This document shows, one piece after another, positions 8,940 to 17,175 of a stretch of DNA of 26,858 nucleotides. Location of the stretch: the IMG/VR virus record IMGVR_UViG_3300027838_000033, positions 1 through 26,858 of that record. One strand, written 5' to 3'. The stretch is from a virus (taxonomy: Duplodnaviria > Caudoviricetes). The translations under genes and the position numbers were made by a program. Position 1 is the stretch's first letter; each line of letters starts with the position of its first letter. The notes under the pieces were generated by a model. It did no database searches and was not told where the DNA came from. It was given only the letters and a program-made list of their open reading frames with translations.

Positions 8940-9638
8940 ATGATATTGAAAAATTATGATAGGAAACTCATATCTGAGTTACCTAAACTTGTGAGAACAA
9001 ATGTTGGTGGTAAAAGACATTACGAAACACCAAACGGCTCATATCCTTCTATTACAACCGTATTATCAATACGAGATAAAGGAGGAATATATGCTTGGAG
9101 AAAGCGTGTAGGTAATGAAGAAGCTAATAGGATAACGAAAAAAGCAACCACTAGAGGTACGCACTTTCATAGTCTATTAGAACAATACTTTTTAGGTGAG
9201 ATAGATGATTTTGACACCTTTAGTGGTGCTGCCCTTGCTAAAAACCCTGCCGTATGGTATCTGTTTTTACAAGCGGTACAAGTATTAGAAACGAAAATAA
9301 ATAATATCTACTGTATTGAGGATTATCTGTATTCAGATGAATATAAGATAGCTGGTGCAGTAGATATGATTGCAGAATATGATGGAGTAGTATCCGTTAT
9401 AGATTTTAAGACTTCCAATTCTGAGAAGAAAGAGGAATGGATTGAAAATTATTTTATTCAAGGTACGGCCTATGCAAAGATGTTCACAGAGCGTACTGGA
9501 ATCCCCTGTAGTCAACTGGTGATATTTATTGTACCCGATAGTGGTATTCCTCAAATATTCACAAAATCAGTTGATGACTACACTCCCCAATTAATAACCG
9601 CAATAGAAGACTTTAGCAACTATCAAAAAAAGACTTGA
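8940..9638 (+). CDS. PD-(D/E)xK exonuclease of T4-like phages
   Basis: YPSITTVL, WRKRVGNEEANRI, RGTHFH, AGAVDMIAEYDGVVSVIDFKTS, YFIQGTAY. Confidence 0.88.
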   Translation: MILKNYDRKLISELPKLVRTNVGGKRHYETPNGSYPSITTVLSIRDKGGIYAWRKRVGNEEANRITKKATTRGTHFHSLLEQYFLGEIDDFDTFSGAALAKNPAVWYLFLQAVQVLETKINNIYCIEDYLYSDEYKIAGAVDMIAEYDGVVSVIDFKTSNSEKKEEWIENYFIQGTAYAKMFTERTGIPCSQLVIFIVPDSGIPQIFTKSVDDYTPQLITAIEDFSNYQKKT

Positions 9639-9663
9639 CTTTTCTAAAACTTTACTGTATAAT
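9635..9663 (+). promoter_or_regulatory. Sigma70-type early promoter
   Basis: TTGACT (9635-9640), 17 bp, TATAAT (9658-9663); same AAAAGAC prefix as the 4059 promoter. Confidence 0.8.
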
Positions 9664-9669
9664 ATAACA

Positions 9670-9927
9670 ATGGATAATGAGAAATACAACTTTATGAATA
9701 AAATGGAATTGGATATTATTACCCCTACGAAATTTAGTTTACTTATTGAGCAAATGGTAATTGATAAGAGGATAACATATATCGATGCTTGCCTTGAGTA
9801 CTGTAAGGAAAAGGAGATAGAGCCCAATTCTGTAGGTAAATTAGTTAATAAATCTTTGAAACAGAAAATACAAATGGAAGCAGAAGCTCTCCATTTCTTA
9901 CCTAAAACAAATTCACTACCAGTATGA
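9670..9927 (+). CDS. gp33: Late-promoter transcription coactivator
   Basis: KFSLLIEQMV..ITYIDACLEYCKEKEIEP..VGKLVNKSLKQKIQMEAEALHFL; gp33-gp59-gp32 synteny; true start may be a later ATG. Confidence 0.9.
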   Translation: MDNEKYNFMNKMELDIITPTKFSLLIEQMVIDKRITYIDACLEYCKEKEIEPNSVGKLVNKSLKQKIQMEAEALHFLPKTNSLPV

Positions 9928-9928
9928 T

Positions 9929-10537
9929 TTGGAAGCCTTTGATGCATACAAAATGTATTTGGCGATTAGATTACATTTCCAATCACCAAATTACAATTTT
10001 GTAAAATATAATGGTGAAATAAGATGTTCTCAGGATTCCTTTATGAAAAGGAATGACAGATACTTTTTTCACAAATTATCTAAACGATACAACAGATCAG
10101 AGCTTCAAGATTTTCTAGTAGCAAATTTTGCAGTAGAAGATAGTGTCAATCCAAAGTGGTTGACAGGAGATGCAGCTGAAAATAATTATAAAGAATGGGT
10201 GAAGATACAGCAATCAATCTCAAGAGTATTTGACCAAGATTTGAAAACGTGTATAGAATATCATAGACCTTTTGGTGGACTGTTTAAGTGTGAAGCTAAA
10301 ACACATCCACCGATTGTAAAGTTGTTACTACAGAAGAAAATCTCTATAGTATCAGCTATTATCCTAGACTCCTACCTTAACTGGACAGAGTTTACTAACC
10401 ATGAAGTGGATGAAGATTGGGTTTGGCCAAAGCTTCAGAGTACCCTTCATAATTGTCAACCTTTCATTAAATATGATAAGGTAAAATGCAAAATAATACT
10501 AAAAAACAGGGTCGAAACCGCAATCCAGATGACTTGA
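9929..10537 (+). CDS. gp59: Helicase loader
   Basis: AFDAYKMYLAIRLHF..YNFVKYNG, FMKRNDRYFFHKLSKRY, FLVANF; TTG start. Confidence 0.9.
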   Translation: MEAFDAYKMYLAIRLHFQSPNYNFVKYNGEIRCSQDSFMKRNDRYFFHKLSKRYNRSELQDFLVANFAVEDSVNPKWLTGDAAENNYKEWVKIQQSISRVFDQDLKTCIEYHRPFGGLFKCEAKTHPPIVKLLLQKKISIVSAIILDSYLNWTEFTNHEVDEDWVWPKLQSTLHNCQPFIKYDKVKCKIILKNRVETAIQMT

Positions 10538-10686
10538 TTCGTGAAAACGATTTCCTGAAATATAAAATGAGAGATCAGCAGAAGTATATTCGTAAGTTAG
10601 AATTTGATAATGCTCTCTTACAACGTAAACAACAGAGTAGTTATGCAAGAAGAAACAATAACAAAAACTATCGATCTTCAAACTAA
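10486..10686 (+). CDS. Hypothetical small coiled-coil protein
   Basis: 66 aa, DLIRENDFLKYKMRDQQKYIRKLEFDNALL; overlaps both neighbours. Confidence 0.5.
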   Translation: MQNNTKKQGRNRNPDDLIRENDFLKYKMRDQQKYIRKLEFDNALLQRKQQSSYARRNNNKNYRSSN

Positions 10687-10807
10687 ATATGAGTTGTCAA
10701 TTCGTGGTGTGGGTAGTTATGCCACGGATTCTTTGGCCCATATGTGGTGGGTCATTCTTTGTCACAGGTTACATCATTTTGTAAATGGTGAAGGTTTTCG
10801 TGACTAA
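10643..10807 (+). CDS. Hypothetical small protein
   Basis: MQEETITK...YELSIRGVGSYATDSLAHMWWVILCHRLHHFVNGEGFRD; ATG at 10643. Confidence 0.55.
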   Translation: MQEETITKTIDLQTKYELSIRGVGSYATDSLAHMWWVILCHRLHHFVNGEGFRD

Positions 10808-10814
10808 ATAGTAG

Positions 10815-10869
10815 TAATACTATAATACGCTAATATAAACAAATAATACTATAATATAGGAGAATAATA
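10815..10869 (+). promoter_or_regulatory. Repetitive A/T-rich gene 32 leader (putative autogenous translational operator)
   Basis: TAATACTATAATA twice (10815-10827, 10844-10856); six TAATA units up to the ATG; SD AGGAG. Confidence 0.6.
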
Positions 10870-11750
10870 TGTCATTAGCCGCGCTGAAAAAGCAATCCGA
10901 TTTCTCATCACTCATTGATGAGTACAACAAACAAACAACCCCTCAAGAAACCAAATCATTTGCCGATGATCGAATCTGGAAACCAGAGCTTGATAAGTCA
11001 GGTAATGGTTATGCAGTAATTCGGTTCCTTCCTGCTCCAGACGGAGAAGATGTGCCTTGGCAGAGAATGTTCACTCATTCTTTTCAAGGGCCAGGTGGAT
11101 GGTACATTGAGAATTCCTTAACCACTATCAACAAGAATGATCCTGTAGGTGAGGTGAATCGTAGACTTTGGAATACTGGTTCCGAAGCAGACAAGGAAAC
11201 TGCCCGTAGGCAGAAACGTAAGTTGTCATACTTCACCAACATCTATGTTGTTGCAGATCCTAAACATCCAGAACATGAAGGAAAAGTTTTCCTTTATAAG
11301 TTTGGTAAGAAGATCTTTGATAAGGTTATGGAGTCAATGCAACCTCAGTTTGATGATGAGGAAGCAATCAATCCTTTTGATTTATGGAAGGGTGCGAACT
11401 TCAAATTGAAGATTCGTAAGGTTGATGGTTTCTGGAACTATGACAAGTCCGAGTTTGAGTCAGTAACACCATTACTGGATACTGATGAGGCTTTGGAAAA
11501 AGTTTATGGTTCAGAGTATCCGTTGAAACCTTTTCATGAAGATTCTAACTTCAAACCTTATTCGGAGTTGAAGGAGAAGATGGAACGTGTCTTAGGTCAG
11601 GAAGTTGATAACAGAACTGCCGAACAGGTAGCCTCTGATATGGAATTATCTGGTAGAGATATAGAAGGAGCTCCATTTGATGGTGGGAAACCAATGACTA
11701 CTGGTGCATCTGATACTATGGACTACTTTGAGAAGTTAGCTACTGCTTAA
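10869..11750 (+). CDS. gp32: Single-stranded DNA-binding protein
   Basis: DDRIWKPELDKSGNGYAVIRFLP, WYIENSLTT, QKRKLSY, FGKKIFDK, GANFKLKIRKV, NYDKSEF, acidic tail ending DYFEKLA. Confidence 0.97.
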   Translation: MSLAALKKQSDFSSLIDEYNKQTTPQETKSFADDRIWKPELDKSGNGYAVIRFLPAPDGEDVPWQRMFTHSFQGPGGWYIENSLTTINKNDPVGEVNRRLWNTGSEADKETARRQKRKLSYFTNIYVVADPKHPEHEGKVFLYKFGKKIFDKVMESMQPQFDDEEAINPFDLWKGANFKLKIRKVDGFWNYDKSEFESVTPLLDTDEALEKVYGSEYPLKPFHEDSNFKPYSELKEKMERVLGQEVDNRTAEQVASDMELSGRDIEGAPFDGGKPMTTGASDTMDYFEKLATA

Positions 11751-13963
11751 TTTCTGAAGTACTTTTGACTGATTGGGTTTAATGAATTTGAAGCCGCAAT
11801 CATTGTAGTAGATGATGGAGAAGAATTAACAATGGTGGTAGGGGCATTTACCATGCCTCCACCACCCATTCCACCACCTGACATCATATCAGCAGTTTGT
11901 TTTGCAGGAATAACTTTTGCAGCAGAATTTGCATTTACTACTAATTCCCCCCTCATAGATCCTTCACCTACTATTGCAGCTCCACCAGGCAATATAGTTC
12001 CTCCTGTTGCCATTTTTGCTAATGAGGCTTCTAATTTTTTAATCTCTAGATTTCTTGTATTTTTTCTACTACCTGAGCCTCTAGATGTATCTGATTCATT
12101 TTGAGATTTAAGACTATCAATATCTTCTTGTATATCTTTTTTAGAAGGGCCATCTAAGAGTCCAGATATTAAATCATAGCCAGGAATTTGTTTGAGTAAA
12201 CCTTTAAAATCAATATCTAACAAACTTGCAAACCATTCAAATATTTTATCTAAAGCACTTGTTATTAAACCCCCAAGACTCCAACCTTCTTTCTTTTTAC
12301 CATCTTTATCTGTATCCCAACCAAATAAACCAGTAATCCATTTAAAAGCTGCATTAAGGGGAAATAAAATTATATCAATTAGTGGTGCAAGTCCTTTGAA
12401 ACTGACTCCTTTACCATCAAATCTAAATAAATCTCTTACCCAATCTATAGCTTTAAATATTGCATCTTTAACAGCACCTACAATAGACCAATCGGTAGCA
12501 GCTTCTTGTTCAGCCTCACTAAATCCAAATAGACCCATAACCCATTTGATACCCCATTTGATACCATCTTCTACCATTTGTGCAAGGTCAAATATAAAGA
12601 AATCTAATAGTGTTTGTAATCCAACTTGTAAAAATGTTAATATTTTTTGACCCAATCCTCCTGTTTCGTCTTCCGCAGCACCAAATCCTGCCATAATAGC
12701 TTCAACTATTCCCCATACTAACATAACAGGAGCAAATAATCTTCCCATAAATTTTAAAACACCTCCAGCAAATTTTGTTATTGTACCCAGGCCTGGAATC
12801 ATTTTTAAAAATTTAGTAATTTTACCAAAGGCTTTTCCTATTCCTCCCTCTTTTCCAAAGGGCCCAGTTATCATTTTAAATACACCTTTTACTGCTGTGA
12901 TAATTGCTGTCCAAGGCCCAGTTGTTATTATTTTTGCAGCACTAAACAATTTACGAATTTTTCCACCCTTCGCAAATAAGTCTGTGATTCCTTTAAAGAT
13001 GTTAGTTATTTTAAAATTCTTAAAAGCCTTTGTTATTTTACCACCAATACCTTTCCAAAAATCCTTAAATGCTTTCCATCCTGTACTTTTTCCGAAAAAG
13101 TCACCTATCCATTTAAAAACTTTAATGCCACCAACCCAAGCACCAAGAGTTTTCATTCCTGTCCATAAGAAATCAAAAGCTTTTACAGCTATATCATATA
13201 TTTCTTGAAGATTAGTTTTTGATAAAAAGTCAAAAAGTTTATAAAGTAAAAATAATCCAGCTCCTTTTAATAACCATTGTAATATACTTTTTGCACCAGC
13301 TGCTATTTTTTCTTTCTTATCTTCCCACCACTTATGTACAGATTCTTTCATCTGCATTGCTCTTTTTGCAGCTCGTTCAGCAAATTCTTGACTTAACCCC
13401 ATTGATTCTAATTGACCTTTTAGTGTATTTAAGATTTGTTGATTTCTAGCTTGTCTTTTTTGTTCTTTCTTCTCTTCATCTGCCTTTTTCTGGTCATCTC
13501 TTTTACGCCATGCTTCAGCTTGGTTAAACTCTACTTCATCAGCCTCCGCAGTTGCTACATTAACTTGTAAACCAGACTGGCGAGTTTCTTCTGCTTTTGC
13601 AAGAAAATCTTCATTTGTTACACCAGAATCTTTAAGTTGTTTTCGTAAATCCCAAGCAGCTCTTGTATCTTTATTTTGTTTATTCTTTCGGTCAAGTGCA
13701 GAATCTTTTGCATCTTTTTGCCATTCCTTAAATTGTTTAATAGATTCGGCTCCACTATCTGCAAAATCTTCACGAAATTTTTCAAACTGTTTGAAACTTG
13801 TAGATTCACTATCCTCAAATTCTTTTTCAAGACTTTCTATAGCTGCAATTTGTTCTTTAGATGATTGTTTATTCCAATCTTCACTTTTTGCAGCTAACTG
13901 TGCAATACCTTCAGTTACCTCTTTAACTGCCTTTTCTACTGGTTTCCAAATTTCTTCAGCCAT
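11747..13963 (-). CDS. Tape-measure-like / gp29-like tail length determinant
   Basis: 738 aa, charged helical N-terminus, long amphipathic G/F/W/K-rich middle, C-terminal MATGG..AIVGEG..GELVV motif of the kind seen in tape measure proteins; follows gp26-gp51. Confidence 0.65.
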   Translation of the reverse strand: MAEEIWKPVEKAVKEVTEGIAQLAAKSEDWNKQSSKEQIAAIESLEKEFEDSESTSFKQFEKFREDFADSGAESIKQFKEWQKDAKDSALDRKNKQNKDTRAAWDLRKQLKDSGVTNEDFLAKAEETRQSGLQVNVATAEADEVEFNQAEAWRKRDDQKKADEEKKEQKRQARNQQILNTLKGQLESMGLSQEFAERAAKRAMQMKESVHKWWEDKKEKIAAGAKSILQWLLKGAGLFLLYKLFDFLSKTNLQEIYDIAVKAFDFLWTGMKTLGAWVGGIKVFKWIGDFFGKSTGWKAFKDFWKGIGGKITKAFKNFKITNIFKGITDLFAKGGKIRKLFSAAKIITTGPWTAIITAVKGVFKMITGPFGKEGGIGKAFGKITKFLKMIPGLGTITKFAGGVLKFMGRLFAPVMLVWGIVEAIMAGFGAAEDETGGLGQKILTFLQVGLQTLLDFFIFDLAQMVEDGIKWGIKWVMGLFGFSEAEQEAATDWSIVGAVKDAIFKAIDWVRDLFRFDGKGVSFKGLAPLIDIILFPLNAAFKWITGLFGWDTDKDGKKKEGWSLGGLITSALDKIFEWFASLLDIDFKGLLKQIPGYDLISGLLDGPSKKDIQEDIDSLKSQNESDTSRGSGSRKNTRNLEIKKLEASLAKMATGGTILPGGAAIVGEGSMRGELVVNANSAAKVIPAKQTADMMSGGGMGGGGMVNAPTTIVNSSPSSTTMIAASNSLNPISQKYFRN

Positions 13964-14126
13964 ATTGATTTTTCCTATTTTGTTCTTTTACTTTTTCGTT
14001 TTCTTCTTTAATATGTTCAATTAATTTATCAACATAAATATCCCTTTCCCACGGCAACATATTCTCCATATCAGATAAGCTCCAATTATGTAATTGGGTC
14101 ATCTGAAACAGAGTGTCAAAATACAT
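13956..14126 (-). CDS. gp51: gp51-like baseplate hub assembly protein (not in the ORF track; possibly made as a frameshift fusion)
   Basis: MYFDTLFQMTQLHNWSLSDMENMLPWERDIYVDKLIEHIKEENEK; ENMxPWERxIY motif; frame stays open upstream through the gp26 end. Confidence 0.85.
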   Translation of the reverse strand: MYFDTLFQMTQLHNWSLSDMENMLPWERDIYVDKLIEHIKEENEKVKEQNRKNQYG

Positions 14127-14149
14127 TCCCAAAGTTATGTGACAAAGGG

Positions 14150-14863
14150 CTACCCGAAAAAAGATTGTATACCCTTTAAGGTAACTGTTGATTTTACCTT
14201 TGTATTAGGGTTTGTCACTTCTATTTCATGTTTTAGTGTAGGCATAGTTTCAAAGAAGTTCTGAATTTTTTCAAATTGTTCATGACTTAAACTTTCTAAG
14301 AAATCCGTTTTCTCAGTATATGAATAATCTGAAGCATCATGTACTTCCTCACCTTCCCAAATTTGAAATATACACTCTGCAACCATTTTAAATAATTGCT
14401 GAGTTGGATTGGGAGTATCATTAACAGCATGCTCTTCAACAAGATCCATAGTTGGATATGACATTAAAACTCCAATATTATCTGTTAATTGGATTCTAGC
14501 ATCATGTTTCTCATCCATTTCAACATTGATTTTAGTTAAATCAACTTCAACATCTACTGTTGTTTTTTCATCATCGGGACAAATTATTTTTAATTTAGCA
14601 ATCTCTCCAACAGATTTTGCTCGTATATTTAGAAAAATATATTCTAAATCAAACATTGGCAGTTTATCAACTGCTATTTCTTGTGTTACACAATTTTTAA
14701 TAAGATTTTGAATTGCAATATATTGTGCTTTTTCATCTCCTGTTTCTTGTGCAATTAATAAAAGTTTTTCCTCTTTTACGAGAAATGGTCTATAAGTAAT
14801 TTCCTCATCAGTTGAGGGTATGTTTAGCTTATACTCCGGCGTATTAATTTTTGGTAAACTCAT
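14150..14863 (-). CDS. gp26: gp26-like baseplate hub subunit / assembly chaperone
   Basis: MSLPKINTPEYKLNIPS, YRPFLVKEEKLLLIAQE, FDLEYIFLNIRAKSVGE, FFETMPTLKH, ends GIQSFFG. Confidence 0.92.
   Translation of the reverse strand: MSLPKINTPEYKLNIPSTDEEITYRPFLVKEEKLLLIAQETGDEKAQYIAIQNLIKNCVTQEIAVDKLPMFDLEYIFLNIRAKSVGEIAKLKIICPDDEKTTVDVEVDLTKINVEMDEKHDARIQLTDNIGVLMSYPTMDLVEEHAVNDTPNPTQQLFKMVAECIFQIWEGEEVHDASDYSYTEKTDFLESLSHEQFEKIQNFFETMPTLKHEIEVTNPNTKVKSTVTLKGIQSFFG
14156..14162 (-). promoter_or_regulatory. Candidate -1 ribosomal frameshift heptamer T-TTT-TTC
   Basis: gp26 ends TCT TTT TTC GGG TAG; the -1 frame continues CGG GTA GCC CTT TGT CAC... into gp51 without a stop. Confidence 0.6.
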
Positions 14864-14890
14864 AATATTCTCACTATTTTAATGTTAAAA

Positions 14891-16108
14891 TTATCCAAAT
14901 AAACTTGAAGCCTTTGATAGGGGGCCTGTATTTATTCCTTGACCTATCGCACCAGTTAATGGGCCTGATAACTCTGGTGGTAGATCTTCTATGAATGGAA
15001 AACCATCCTTTTCGTTTCTAAATTCTCCTACTGCAAGATTAATAGTACTACGATTCCCAACATTACCCATCTTGAAGGGACTCCATTTCTCATATTGCCA
15101 TGTTACAGTAAATGTAGCAATGCTTCCACCTCCATCATGACTGAGTTCTATTGCTGACACTAATTGGGGCCAACAATTAAATATTTTAACTCCATAACTT
15201 TCTCTAAAATCAACTTTAGGTATTTTGTTTTGTGCTTGTGCTTCACTTCTAGGGTCATCCACCCCTGTTGCTTCGTTAAATGCAGTCGTACCTTCCTTTA
15301 TAGCATCACTAATTGTATCAGCCATATTATCCCCTAAACCAGATTGATTTTTTTGAGCACCACCAATACTAGCTCCTGCTGAAAGAGTTGTACGAGTAAA
15401 AATATCAAACTCAGCAACATATTCTTTATAAAAATTGAAATTTCCTGTTAGGTCATTATAAATTAGTTTTTGCCACGCATCAAAATAATTCTTGATGTCC
15501 ATAGTACCATCACAATAAAACTCAGTCGAAAGTGTTCCATATTGAATACTTTGTGGCATAAATTGAGGATGGTTATATATTCGATTGGCTGCAGGATTAA
15601 ATGATTTATCTGGTATTGATACTTTACTACAAAACAGATCCATTTTCTGTTCTTGTCTTTTATATTCTTGATTACTAGCTTTTTTCCACAAGGTAGATGA
15701 TGACCATTGAGCTTTATGCCATAAGTTAGTAAATTCTGTATTGGATGATTTATTCATTATATGAGTACGCCAATCTAAACCACCAGTTTGTACTTTACCA
15801 TTATTTGAACCAGATGGTGATGAACCAAATCTTCCAGCAGGCCCTTGTGCTGTAAAGGTTTGTTGATCTATACCTTGAGGAATTTGAAATTTTACCTTAA
15901 AATTCGCAGGGATTTGAAAACCTTCAGCTTTTCCAACGACAGAACGAATAGTTTGAACTTCACCTCTAGCATCCTTTTTGTATTTCCCCCTACCTTTATC
16001 ATCTTCAATGATACCAGCTTTTCTAAGAATTCCTTTAGCTCGTTCTCCTGAAATACCAGTACGAACATCAAATTTTCCTACTTTTACACCGTTTCTAAAT
16101 AGTGCCAT
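14891..16108 (-). CDS. Tail-tube-fold protein (gp54-like tube initiator)
   Basis: FCSKVSIP, YGTLSTEFYCD..IKNYFDAWQKLI, YGVKIFNCWPQLVSAIELSH, FTVTWQYEKW resemble gp19/gp54 motifs; position between gp2 and gp26. Confidence 0.65.
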   Translation of the reverse strand: MALFRNGVKVGKFDVRTGISGERAKGILRKAGIIEDDKGRGKYKKDARGEVQTIRSVVGKAEGFQIPANFKVKFQIPQGIDQQTFTAQGPAGRFGSSPSGSNNGKVQTGGLDWRTHIMNKSSNTEFTNLWHKAQWSSSTLWKKASNQEYKRQEQKMDLFCSKVSIPDKSFNPAANRIYNHPQFMPQSIQYGTLSTEFYCDGTMDIKNYFDAWQKLIYNDLTGNFNFYKEYVAEFDIFTRTTLSAGASIGGAQKNQSGLGDNMADTISDAIKEGTTAFNEATGVDDPRSEAQAQNKIPKVDFRESYGVKIFNCWPQLVSAIELSHDGGGSIATFTVTWQYEKWSPFKMGNVGNRSTINLAVGEFRNEKDGFPFIEDLPPELSGPLTGAIGQGINTGPLSKASSLFG

Positions 16109-16116
16109 ATTTTACC

Positions 16117-16704
16117 TTAATAATATTGTTTTGAATCTGACCAAACTGTTCCTGTCCCTGCACCTTTAAATTTTTGTAGTGGTAGTGAAGCTGCATAACT
16201 CCAATCATTACCACTAATACCATAAAATCCTGCTCCCTGAACATGACTAAATAAATATCGTTTGATACAAGGTCTTGCTGGTTTAAAACTTGTTATAATG
16301 TTATATGATAATTTTAACCTATAATTTTCATCCATTTTTCTAGCAGCACCAGCACTTTTAATTAATCGTAACATTAAATTTATACGATCATTTGGTGGAA
16401 GATAGTGCAAATTGATTCCATAGAATCCATTGTTTGCATAATCAAAAGGAAAAATTAAAGGCCATACATCCCAATATGGCAATACATCTTTCAACTTAGC
16501 ATCATATTGAAATAAATATAGTCTACCAAGTTTAGGTGTATTGTCAATTCCAACATTTCTATCTTGTATAATTTCATCTCTTGCAGTTGCTGCTGGAAAT
16601 GCAGCTCTACGAGTTTTACTAACTATAGATTTAAACCACTCTACAGCTTTTTTACTCTTTGCACTTACTGATGATAAGAAATCTGTTACTACGCTATCGG
16701 CCAT
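16117..16704 (-). CDS. gp2: DNA end protector protein
   Basis: GRLYLFQYDAKLKDVLPYWDVWPLIF, FYGINLHYLP, PCIKRYLFSHV, LPLQKF. Confidence 0.92.
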   Translation of the reverse strand: MADSVVTDFLSSVSAKSKKAVEWFKSIVSKTRRAAFPAATARDEIIQDRNVGIDNTPKLGRLYLFQYDAKLKDVLPYWDVWPLIFPFDYANNGFYGINLHYLPPNDRINLMLRLIKSAGAARKMDENYRLKLSYNIITSFKPARPCIKRYLFSHVQGAGFYGISGNDWSYAASLPLQKFKGAGTGTVWSDSKQYY

Positions 16705-17137
16705 GCATATATTTAGTCGTTTTAAGGTTATCTTCTGTTAATATTTGAAATTTCCACCCAAGCTCCTTACATACACTTCTTGCAGCTTTCCATTTTGCTT
16801 GATTACGATGCCACTCTTTAGTTTCGTGCATATAAGCTTTCGTGACTCGCTTTTTCGGTTTAGGTGGTTTAGTGAATTTTTTTGGTTTAATCTCTATCAT
16901 AAACTTATCACCATTTTTTGTCTTAATATAAAAGTCAGGAAAATATCTATGCTGTTTATTATCCAATGGTGAGATATAAGGAACTATAAGTTCTTCTGAG
17001 CCCCATTCAACAATGCCAGGGTCATTATCACAATGTCTCATGAAACTACGTTCCCACAAAGACCTATAAATAATATTAGTAATATCCCCTTTATACTTTT
17101 GTCGATTAGTGGGACGAAATTTACCCTTGTAGTTCAT
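16694..17137 (-). CDS. gp4: Head completion nuclease (TnsA-like)
   Basis: YKGKFRPTNRQKYKGD, YRSLWER, WGSEELIVPYISP, HRYFPDF, IEIKP, NQAKWKAA, FQILTE. Confidence 0.95.
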   Translation of the reverse strand: MNYKGKFRPTNRQKYKGDITNIIYRSLWERSFMRHCDNDPGIVEWGSEELIVPYISPLDNKQHRYFPDFYIKTKNGDKFMIEIKPKKFTKPPKPKKRVTKAYMHETKEWHRNQAKWKAARSVCKELGWKFQILTEDNLKTTKYMHGR

Positions 17138-17144
17138 ATAAATA
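17137..17144 (+). promoter_or_regulatory. Late promoter for the gp48 operon
   Basis: Exact TATAAATA 28 nt upstream of the gp48 ATG. Confidence 0.8.
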
Positions 17145-17167
17145 CTTAGAAAGACTTCACATAGGAA

Positions 17168-17175
17168 TATTTATG
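17168..17175 (-). promoter_or_regulatory. Late promoter variant for the gp4 operon
   Basis: CATAAATA on the - strand, 30 nt upstream of the gp4 ATG. Confidence 0.6.

Noticed and set aside
10815-10869. CRISPR-like mini-array
   Set aside because: Repeats are 5-13 nt, A/T-rich, without spacers of CRISPR size; no cas genes.
11832-14024. Plus-strand ORFs opposite the 738-aa gene, and other short antisense ORFs in the track
   Set aside because: Shadow frames of recognisable genes, with no motifs or SD.
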